Part shown: one piece after another, positions 1 through 11,714 of the stretch
How positions within the stretch are numbered: the stretch's first letter is position 1
Layout of the letters: the number at the start of each line of letters is the position of its first letter
Source of the DNA: Chrysomallon squamiferum
Lineage: Eukaryota > Animalia > Mollusca
DNA length: 64,000 bases
NCBI GenBank assembly: GCA_012295275.1
Contig: CM022667.1
Location: 8,432,001-8,496,000, forward strand
Direction: 5' to 3'
Notes under the pieces: generated by a model
What the model saw: the letters and a program-made list of their open reading frames with translations, nothing else
Told to the model about the DNA's origin: nothing
The model's database searches: none
Translations under genes and position numbers: made by a program

Positions 1-122
1 CCGTTGACAATCGCATCAACAATGTGTCTGTCAGTCCGAATGGGCGACATGTTGTTGCAGTGATGGATGATGGGACACTTCATGTTTACTGTGTTTTAGC
101 TTTGTCATCTGAACTGAACCAG
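1..122 (+). CDS. TBC1D31: TBC1D31 exon (partial; last WD40 repeat)
   Basis: Frame from 3: VDNRINNVSVSPNGRHVVAVMDDGTLHVYCVLALSSELNQ; donor GTAAAC at 123. Confidence 0.85.
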
Positions 123-230
123 GTAAACCACACTGAACTGTTCTGTGTGTTAGAAATACTAATTATTGTTAATTTCACTTTCTGATTATATAAGTAAAAT
201 TCTCATATTCAAACAATATTTCTGTTTCTC

Positions 231-309
<79 letters not shown>

Positions 310-2071
310 ACTCACTCACTCACTCACTCACTCCTTTCCTGACTTCATTTTTAACCAGTTTATTCTAAAGCTGTTTGTATTTACATTATTTGCTGTGGTT
401 TTGATCCCTCAGCCTCCTGCACCACTGGTTAAAGTTGTTATGTCCAACAAGATGTCCGAAACAACATCAACAGACACCAGTGTGAGAAGTCAGACGAAAT
501 CTCAGATGTCCAGAACCAGACCAAGCAGCAGGAAAAAATATCTTCAAGACAGTGATACAGTTAGTGATCATTTTTATACTTACATATAAATAGTGATTGT
601 GTTTACATACACTGTATTATATAAAAAAACAAAGATAGTGATCATTTATATATTTATATTTTATATAAATAAATAGTGATGGTATAATAGTTTATGTATA
701 TTATAAAATAAAAAGCTAATGATCATGTTTACAGATATGTAATTAGAATGTTTATCTACGATTTTCATTGATTGATTTTGTATTAGCAAATTAGTTGTGA
801 CATAAACATTTTGAACTTGTTGTTATATTTTAATATTTCTTGTTACAGAGTCTGGCAGGTGAACTTGATGTAGAAAAACTGTCCAAAATTTTAAGAGGTT
901 ATGGTGAATATCCTGCAAAATACAGGTGACAAAAAATATACTAATAATAAAACAACTATAAACATCAAACTAACAAGAAAATGTAATTTATATTTATTAC
1001 TGCATTTTATTTTTTTTATTATTTGTTTTCAATATTTGTTTTCAATTTTTTTTTAAACCATTTTTTTTTTTTTTTTTTTTTTTTTTGATTGTTTTGTTGT
1101 TTTTCTTAAACATTTTTTTTGTGACATAAAAAATTATAAGATTAACACAAGTCCATGATATTATAGGATTTTTTGTTTAGATTGTTTTTACATTTATATA
1201 TAATATTGATGTTTTATAATATTTTCTTGTCTGGCTTTATTATTAGCAAAGTAATATTTCTAATTACAAACAAATAAAATATGTTTAGGCTATTAATAGT
1301 AAATTCTTAAATACCTGATTTTGATTTCATATGTTTTATATCTGTTACAAATTTCATTTGTTGTTAAGATGTTCATACTTAAATTCTTAATATGCCATAG
1401 CATCTGATTTTTAATTTCATGTGTTTTTTCCTATTATGAAGCAAACTGATAAATAACTGTGTTTGTTGTTAGAATGTTCATCTGGAGGTCTGTGTTGCAT
1501 CTGCCAGAAAACCATGCAGCTTATGGTGCCCTTGTTGACAAAGGGTCACATCCAGCCTACTCAAAACTACACGAAGTTTATCCAATCAAAAGTCGAAAAC
1601 TGCTCAGAGTGTTACAGAGGTAAAGTTAAAAATTATATATATATACATTTAGTAATTGGGCAGCCCATGTTTATAATGAAATGACAAAGAAACTAAACTA
1701 GATAAATAAATAATTAAAAAAAATAATAATAATAAAATAAAAACAACATAATAAAATAAATAACTGCAAAAACTGATGTTGAATATGCACATAGCACTTT
1801 TTAAGTAACATTGTATTTAATTATTTAAGTAGTCAAATCAATTGATTAAAAAGTTTAATTATATATTTAAATGTTTTTTAAATCACTACTGTTATACCTA
1901 GATTCATATTTAGAAATCGATTTTGGTAAAATAAAACTTCTTTTTTTTATTTTATATTCATTAATTTCTAGAAATTATATTTTATTTTAGTTGAGGTTTA
2001 TATTTTTATTTAGATTGATCATTTTAAAATTAAGTTAAAAATTTTGATATTGTTATTATTTATGTATGTAT

Positions 2072-2134
<63 letters not shown>

Positions 2135-3254
2135 TGTTGTCATATTTTCAGAATTCTATCAGCACTTGCACACTGGTCTCCAATATTCGGAGAAACGCAG
2201 TATCTACCAATGTTAGCCTTTCCTTTTGTGAAACTCTTCCAGAACAACCATCTTGTGTGTTTTGAAATCATAGCCACACTTCTAGGTTAGATTAGTATAC
2301 ACATTCTAACCTGATTACCATAAACATTATTTTCTGTTGGTTTTTTTTTTCCATTTTTTTCAGACAAAAATTATTAATAATAGATTGATTTTAAATGATA
2401 GTTATTATTTTAATAGTTTAAAATAAGTGTATTAAAAGTATACAGAATACATAATTTTATTAATCATTTCATATCATTGTAGTTGGCATTTTTCCTTTTC
2501 TTTTCTCTTTTTTTTTTTAAACTAAAATTTCACCTACTGACATAATATTCAAAATACTGATACCATAGTTACTAACAGTCTGTTAATATGCTGCTATATT
2601 TACTATCAGTAATTAAAAAGATTTATAAAAATAATATTCATAACTGTTCTTGAACCTTTTTAATGTACTGATAATTTTTATATGGTTGAATTTAATAAGA
2701 ATTTTTTTTCTTTCTTTTTTAACTACTTTTATCTTTGTCAGTAAACTGGGGCTACCACTGGTTTGAGTATTTCCCCAACCCACCAATCAACATTTTGGCA
2801 ATGATAGAAAATGTGATAGCTCACCATGACCGATACCTGTTACAGCATTTTGTCAAGTACAGAGTGACGTCTGAGGTAAATTCCTACTTTTTCTTCACGT
2901 TTTAAATGTCTTAGAAACACCAGAAATAAAAAAAAATGTTTTATACTTCTCAGTCCCAGTGTTTATTTGGTTCTTGTTATGAGTTTTTGTTTTTGGTAGC
3001 AAAGTAAAAAGTTTATGAGAATTCATTGAGTGTGTCTGTTGTTACTATTATTATTTAGTTCATGAAAAAAACATCTGATTGAACTAAAAATGTGTTTAGG
3101 TTGTTTTTACATGCAATCAAGGTACACGTCAGAAAAAAAGCAAAGAAAAAAGCAGACAATCAGACTCAGTTGGCAAACATTTGCTTTCTTAGATGTTTTC
3201 AGTTTATTTCAAAACAGAACATTAAAAATAAGGGCTGGAAATTGTTTAAATATT

Positions 3255-3297
<43 letters not shown>

Positions 3298-6200
3298 GGT
3301 TTTTTTTTTTTTTCTTTTTAAAAAAAAAAAAAATTAACAAAAGTCCCCCCATCTTTTTTAAAGAAATTTAAAAAAAAAAAGTAATAATACAAAGAGTTAA
3401 TCTTCTGCTTCTGCAGATCATCAGTCAGTGATCTGTCACTTGATCAGAATTCACTGCACAAGCTAATCTAGCTGATCTGTGTATCAGACTAATTACAGGC
3501 TTGATGAGATGATTGCAGACTGATGTGATCAGGTGTCTGTCAGGAGGCTTGGACAGTACTAATTAGTAAAACAAAACAACATGACAGCACATTAATTTTG
3601 TTTTCATTCATTCATTCATGTCACATAAGTTGAATTCTGTCATTGGTGAACACATAATCAGTTGAGTGGAATTAGCTATGTAAGCTACACTGTGATTGGC
3701 CAGTTCTGCAGAGAACAGACAGTTCTGTTGGTTGTGAGCTAATTATGACAGTTTCTGCTCTAGTGTTTGAAAAGTCATTTTTATTGGACAGTTTTTGTAA
3801 TGAACTATATATTTATTTGATGAAAACGTTGGAACATTAGTCAGAGAGATTGACGAATTGTGACAGATCAGAATTCTGGCAGTCAGTTTGTGGTTTAGAG
3901 AGTTGTCTGTTTTTGTGATTTAAAATTTGAAGAAGTGTCATTGTCTTTATTAACCAAATTTATCTTGACAAAGTGGCAGAGTTTTTACTGAATTGTGTTA
4001 CACTGTTTTGTGTTTCAGTAACTCGTATGCTAGAGACAAGTTTCAGTAAAAACTAGATTAATAGTTTACATCAGTGTACAAGTTAAAGTGAATTGAATTT
4101 AAAAAATAAATAAAAAAAAAAGTTAAATTAAAATTCAGGAATGGCATCGATAGTAGACTTGCCAGTGGAGCACAGTAACTTTCCCGGAGGAAGACTGGTT
4201 CAGCTGTCGAGCAATCCGATGTTTTCTGCTCTGCAGCAAACTCTGCTGAGTGAGTGCAGTAAGACTCAGGCTGCAGAACAAGACTGTGGAGTGAAACAGT
4301 TCAACAGTGTGGGCGAGGCGCTGGGTGCCAGCATCGGCCTGTTTGACCAGAGCAGGGAGGAGATTGAAAATGACCCCTGTTTAAACATGAACTCCGCCTT
4401 CGCAGCAGTGCAGGAAGCTAACTTGCTGTCTGAGTTCCGACTGGTCAACGGAAACCCCAAAGTGTCTGAACTGCACCGTTTTTACACGGTCACTGCATGT
4501 ACATAGAGACAAAACGAAGCGAAGAGGTGGACCTGGTCAAGTCCTCGGGACTGGGGAGTTCATCTCTGCAGCAGAAACTTTACAACGTACATGCCAAGTA
4601 CGACAGAGACAGACTGCATCTGACAAACCGCGTCACTTCAAGTCTTCAGCTGCTGAAAGCGTCGATTCCTGTCCTGCCTCCTCACGAGATGTTTCTCAGC
4701 AGATCCAAGTCACGTCAGCTCAAACCGAAAGCCACGGAGCTGATGAACAGGTGGTATGATGACCATGTGGACAACCCTACCCCAACGACGAAGACAAGAT
4801 GATGCTTGCTGACAAAGGGGAGATAAGTCTTGCTCAGGTGAAGGCCTGGTTTGCTAACCGTCGCAACCGAACAAACAACACCAAGCCAAAACGACAGAAG
4901 ATGCAGGTTGAAAAGAAGCTGTTGACAATCTGCACAGAGCTGAAGACAGGTGCAGCAGCAGCGCCGAGGTTGTACGGTGACGTTATCACCCAGCTGTCAA
5001 ACATCGTCAACGGCGCCAACATTTTCAGTCAGAGACAGTTGATGAAAGAAACTCAGGAATCATTCTGAGTTGAAGACAAACAAACACTTCCAGTGTTGTA
5101 TAGTTCTTAGACGTTGTGCTATTTGTTAATAACTTGTTGATTTTAGTGTTTGTATATATCTGATGTTTGATTTTTATGGTTGTATATAGTCTGATGTCTG
5201 TGATGTCGAAACTCTTGTTTTTACCATATGATTAAACTGTGTTTGTTTTCAGATACTAGTTTTGTTCTTATTAATTTCTACACTGTAAAAAGTGCTATTT
5301 ATATACAGAAGTGATTTTTGCAATATCAGTAGATGTCTGTTTATGAATTTTCATATAAATTTTTTGTTAATTAAAAGCATACTGTTTTAACTTTACAAAA
5401 ATATCTCATATAATTTTATAAGTTTCAGTGTGAAACAACTTTGTTATCAGGTTGCTAGTCCAGATCTGACAGGAAACAAAGCAGCAATAAAAGAAAATAA
5501 TTTTTGTTTAGAAAATAAAAACACTCCCCTCCAAAAAAACAAAACATTCCTAAAAATATATATTTTTTTTTATATTAATTTTAATATCATTTTTTTTTTT
5601 TAATTATTTGAATTATTTATGTACAGAAATAAGAAGAAAAAAAACCTCTCATTCCATAAGTTTGTAAATCAATTTTTAGTGATTTTGTTACGTACTGGCA
5701 CTGATGTAGCGACGTGTGATGTTGTATCAAAATGTACTTCTAGGTGTATGCGTGGCCACTGCTGGAGAGTGTTTTCTCCGAGGTGCTCACTAAGGAGGAG
5801 TGGCTGATGCTGTGGGACAACGTGTTCAGCACTCACCCCTCGTTCCTGCTCATGCTGGTCGCAGCCTACGCGATCTGTGCCCGGGGACCCCTCATGCAGT
5901 GCAGGGAACTTGACGACTTCAAAGTCTGTGTTTAAACTCACCACTTTATTTTATTTCATATTATTATTTTATATTGAATTTCTTGAATTTAAAATGTCAG
6001 AGATATTGGAGAAGTTGGTGACACATAGCTAATTTATTTAGAATCAGAGTAACTGTTTTTTTTTTACAAGACCAGTTAAATATATAAATATTTACAAAGT
6101 TAAGTTGTGTGACTTCAGACAGATAAGCAAGTTTATTATTAGTTAATAGCAGTTTTAATCAAATAAGTATGTAATTAATGAAATAAACAACTTGACTGAT

Positions 6201-6903
6201 AATTTTATAAATATGATTGTAGGATAATAGATACGATATTTATATTAATATATTAATTACTATCAACTCTTTCATCTTAACTTCCAGTTGTATTGGGGTA
6301 GATGATTGTCAACAATATGTTTCCATGCTTTGCTCTTTCTGAAAGTTAACATTTAAAAATATTTTCAGTATTTTTTCCACCACCGCAACGCTGTTGATGT
6401 GAAGCAGGTGGTGAAGGAGGCGTACCGCTTGATGGAGTCGACACCCGACAACGTGCACCCCCGCAGACACATTGAAGAGTTCAAACCTCTCACCAAGGGA
6501 CTCTACCCAGTGTTCAACAAATATCCCAAGTTCATTGTCGATTACCAGGTGCAGTAAAACAGTTTTATCAAAAACAACCTCATTTATTGTTGTTTGCCAT
6601 GTAACAGTAAAACATTTCAATCCAGTACAAAGAAATTAATGTTTGATTACAAGATACAGCTAAACAAGAACAGCCAAGTTTATTATTCTTTACCAGTAAA
6701 ATATTTGTGAGGTTTTCATTTTCTTTGATGAATTAGGAAGCAGTGGTACATTTATTTGGTGTAGATATTAGTTAGCATTATCAGTGAAGAGAATATCTCT
6801 CAAACTTGACGTATGAAAAATCTACAGTTCTTTGTGATAAAGAATTTGATACCATTAATTACATAAAACAACAAACCAAAAAAAATAAAAAAGAGCAATT
6901 ATT

Positions 6904-6947
<44 letters not shown>

Positions 6948-9900
6948 TTAATTTTTTTTTTTTAAGGTTCAAGAAAGAGAGCGGATCAGACAAGAAGAAA
7001 TGGAATATTTACGACAGAAGTAAGTGCTTACTTATAGATTAAAAAGATAATGTATGTTTATTACAGGTATGTCACCAGGGAATAAACAGAATATTTTCAG
7101 TTTTTGATTTACATGTTTTTTTTAATTGTTTTTTTAAAGATGTGAATTTACAAGTTGTTATTTAAAAAAAAAAAAATTTAAAGCTACCTCATATTTTATT
7201 GTATTTGTATTACTATCTTTAGTTCACGGTTTTTATTAGAAGACATAGAATTTATTTTATACTGTTGTTTACTTGAAATGTTTGCAGACAGGTGACTCTG
7301 GAAGTTCAGAAGGAGACTTTGAAGAGGCAGCAGGAGGAGGAGGCCTGGTATCGCCAGGAGCATCTGCTGACAGAAGCGGAGGAGAAACGACGCAGGATGA
7401 TCCTAGAGGAAGAACAGAAACTAGTCGATCAGCGAAAACGGTACAATATAGCGTGAACTACACTGTCCATAGAGTGAACTACACTGTCCAGTAGGTACAG
7501 TGTAGAGTTAACTACAGAAAACATCAGTACATGTTCCAAAATAATCTGTTTTGTGTTTCAAGAGTGGCTTGTGATTCACTGAGATATGACAGATTTTAAG
7601 ATCTGTGCTTCTCATCTGTCTTGTTTTCCCATTCTGCCCCTTAAACAGATTTGTCAGTGGTTGAGATGTGTGCTTACTGTTTTAAAGGAAGATACTTTGA
7701 TATTAAATAATAAAGATGTTACATGGAATTGTTACAGCATTTCATTGTTTACTCAAATAAATAATATTTAAAATGTGTTGATAAAAAGTATTCAGTTTGT
7801 ACCAGATTACAATAAATGTAATAATACTCTGTTAGCCTGATAAAAGTGTTGTAAATTGAAAAACCCATCAAAGTTAAGAAAGATGTGATATCTGCAGCTT
7901 TCTAAAATGTGCACACACAGAGAATTCACATGCATTTTGCATCAAGACACGATTATCACTGTCATCTGACAGATTTTTTGAAATAGAATTTCCTGGACCT
8001 ACTGACCACACTTTTGCATATATACTGTGTTTGACTATGAGAATTACTGAAGAAAAAAAAGTACAGAACAGTACTCTATGGTTGTTTATAGAATTTTAAA
8101 TCATGGTTTAACAAGAATATAAAACTGCAGTGTTAAACAATGTTTTGTGTTTTCAGACTGTTTGCGATGAACAGAGAGGTGAAGCTGAAGGAGTTGCAGC
8201 TGCTGGATGCAGCTAGAAGGAAATTCTTACATTTCCAGCAGACGCAGAGAGAAGCTGAGCTGAAGAGACTTGATGATGAGATGCAGAGAAAGGTAAATCA
8301 TTCAATTAACATCTTACTGTGCCACTGAGTCCACACAGGAGTAGACAAAACAGAGTATGTGCTCTTCTCTGTACTTGTTTTATTTGATACTTCTAATAAT
8401 ATGTATTCATGACTATGCATGGTGAATAGATGTTTACAACATTTCCTCTGATAACATTGTGATGTCAAAAATATGTTTGTTTTCTAAGGCTTTGATGAGA
8501 GATCAGGAAACAGAGGCAGCTATTGAGGAGGCAGAGATAAAGAACATGGAACTGAATTTACAGAAGAAGATGTTTGAACAGGTGTGTATGATGTCAGCAC
8601 AGTGATTTGTCAGTGTGACCAGATACAAGTGTTGACTCACTTTTCTTTTTCTCTTTTAAATTAATCTTCTCAACTTTGGCTATGAGTGTTCTTAGATTAT
8701 TTACAGAAAGCAGTCTTGTTTGAACTCAGGTTAAGTTATTACACTGAACAGTTAATGTAGTGGTTACTAAAACTTCTCTTTATCTAACACTTAAGCTGAA
8801 ATGCCAAGCCTTAAGCTCAGGTTCTAAAAATAACTTGCTCTTCTTCAAAGTTCGATGAATGTTTAAAAATAAACAAATCTAGATATATATAAACATCTCA
8901 TTTTGAAATTGAAACTGTATAATTATACTTGTCATTTCTATCCTACTTCATTCATCATCATCATCATCATCATTATGCATATATAATGTCCCCTTGTTAA
9001 GCTAAAACCTTGTCTTGTTGATTCCACATGTTCCTATCATGCACTGTCCTCTACCAGGATTTCCCACAGTTTGATGTGTTTAATGTTTTATTGTCAGGAA
9101 CTGTTCAGGGAGTACAGTATTATCTTGCTACATGATTCTGTAGTTACATGCTTAATGTTTAATTACTAGGAACTGTTCAGGGAGTACAGTATTATCTTGC
9201 TACATGATTCTGTAGTTACATGTTTAATGTTTTATTACTAGGAACTGTTCAGGGAGTATGCTGTAGTTGATGTTTTATTACTAGGAACAGTCTGAGGAGT
9301 GAACAGGACCTGTTAGATGTTTTAAGCAGAAGGAGCTGGAAGACAGAATACAGGAACTGAGACTGCAGGCATCCAGTCTGAGAGAACAGGGACCTGCACC
9401 GCAAGCAGAAGGAGCTGGAAGACAGAATACAGCAGAGACTGCAGGCATCCGAGAGAGAGAGGGACCTGCAAGTGAGAAAGGTGAGAGAACAGTAACAACA
9501 CAAACACCTGCACAGTGAGAGCAAACTTTAGAGAGTAAAAGATTAAATGTTAACATTCCATGAGAAATCTGAACATAAAAACATTGATAATAAATAATAT
9601 GTTATTGTTGATCTTCATTGAGAATCACTCTGATATGTTTTTACACAAACATTTATGAGAATTACTCTCTGATACATTGAAGGAAATGTAGCCAGGACTG
9701 AATTTAGAAATGTTCAGCCCTGTTTGACAAGATTTAACGGACAATAAGAACTTCACTTTGCAACAATTTGTTAATGTTAATTAGATTTAATAATTACATA
9801 AATATAAATATGAAATTTTAACAAAAATAGATCCATTCCGAGATTCTGCAAAATTTATGTTTACTGTTTTTGAGTTTATGCCTAAGTAAAGTTCAGAGTG

Positions 9901-10293
9901 TAGAGAACTGTTGTAAAACTGGTTTTTAAAATGATGAACTTTGTGCTTGGTTCAGATGATGTCTCAGAAGCTGGCGCTGGCATCACAGAGGAACATTGAC
10001 ATGTGGGCTCACAAAGAGGTGAACCACAGACACCACGTGGAGGACTGTGAGAGAGAGGCGAGACAAGAGCAGGTAGGACTACTCCTTGTTTAGCAGTGAG
10101 CTTAACAGCTTGTCAGTCATGTTATTAGTAACAAGAGCAGGTAGAACTACTCCTTGTTTAGTAGTCAGAACTACTCCTTGTTTAGCAGTCAGAACTACTC
10201 CTTGTTTAGCAGTCAGAACTACTCCTTGTTTAGCAGTCAGGTTAACAGCTTGTCAGTCTTCAGTAACAAGAACAAATATATAATAACAATATG

Positions 10294-10333
<40 letters not shown>

Positions 10334-11677
10334 ACGTGCGTGCATTTGTGCATATGTTTATATACTGATGTTGGCATGCAGTCTTTGATACAGTGAATAT
10401 ATTGTCTTTGACAGCTTGCAAAGATTCATGCACAGAATCGAACACTGGAAGAGGAAGTTCAGAAGTTGATGAAGAAATGCCAGTTAGAGAGGGTAGGTAA
10501 CTCTGTACTTAATACATTTTTGAACTAGAGTTATCCTTTATCTTATCCTTAATAATTGTATTATATATGAATTTAGTTGTAATTTCACACTTGACAGTAT
10601 CAGAAATACTGTTATATTATTCAAACAGAAGATAAATTAACTGGCAGAGAAGAAATGATACTTTTTTTTATTGGTAGATATCAAATAATTCCAGCCCAAC
10701 TAAATTATTTTCTATTACTTTTACAGATTATTTTATTAATAATTAATAACAGCTGAATTTCTATGTAGTAATCTTTTAAAAATATGTCACCTTATTGTTG
10801 ATGTTTCTTTTGAACTTTGTAATGAGTCTTCTCATCAGGAAAAGTGAACACTGTAGAGCTATTAATTTTTTTTTTATCTCACCTCTTTCTGAAATACTTG
10901 ATGTTCTCTTGATGTGTGTATTAAGTGTGAAGCAGAAGGAAATTGCACCAGTTACAAAGGACTCATTTCGTCTTGAATACTCAGTCACTGTAGAGTTATT
11001 ACGTTCTGAAGTGTTGGCTGTTCCGCTGACGTGTGTGAGTTAATGTTTTGCAGGAGGAGGAAACAGCCGCTGGTTACCAAGGGCTGCAGAGACAACAGAC
11101 TGACGAGTCAAACAACTGCTTACTTCATCACATGGAAGGGGAGATCACTGCAGACCTGAAACATGTCAGAGACATCCATGACGATGTCATAGATGCTGTA
11201 CAACGTGAGTGATGTGTGTATGACGTCTGTCTCATACTGAGCTCTGATTTCAGGGACTATGTCTGATCAGAGTGATTAGATATTTGTAATTTGTCTGATA
11301 TTTTAAGGGTTTAGTTTATCAGTTTTATAACATTTAGTCTTTCATACAAAGATTTACCTGTTTTTTATTTATTTCAGAATAAATCTGATAAATTTTCTTT
11401 TCTTTTCTTGATTCACTGTTTTGTTGTGATTGTTCTTATCATTATAATCACTGTTAGTGTGGTTAACAGAATCATCCAAACGGCTTCGTTCTTTTTTTTA
11501 ATTAATGAAAATTATTTTTTTGTTGTATAGTGTCAGTATTACCTGTTATTTTCACAGGACATCAGACACCATACTTGAACAACAGTCACCTGCTTGATCC
11601 TCTACAGACTGAGGACTCCCTACTTACAACAAAAGGTGATTGTTGATGTAAACTATGTCTTACATTCATTTTTTTTT

Positions 11678-11714
<37 letters not shown>

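Noticed and set aside
4011-4140. TBC1D31-homeobox fusion through acceptors at 4018 or 4138
   Set aside because: The upstream TBC1D31 exon ends in phase 0. Splicing to 4019 gives an immediate TAA, and splicing to 4139 is out of frame with the homeobox ORF.
4476-4490. Programmed -1 ribosomal frameshifting at the homeobox breaks
   Set aside because: T-TTT-TAC and C-AAC-CCT are not X-XXY-YYZ slippery heptamers and I see no stimulatory structure. Single-base loss in short runs is simpler.
4497-4802. Overlapping ORFs with an ATGA stop/start overlap at 4799-4802, suggesting a polycistronic or termination-reinitiation cassette
   Set aside because: The junction splits the homeodomain at its PYP loop, so separate products make no structural sense. 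The overlap is a by-product of the in-frame KMM codons.
9249-9556. Three Cys/Leu-rich minus-strand ORFs
   Set aside because: Antisense shadows of the purine-rich coiled-coil exon of TBC1D31.
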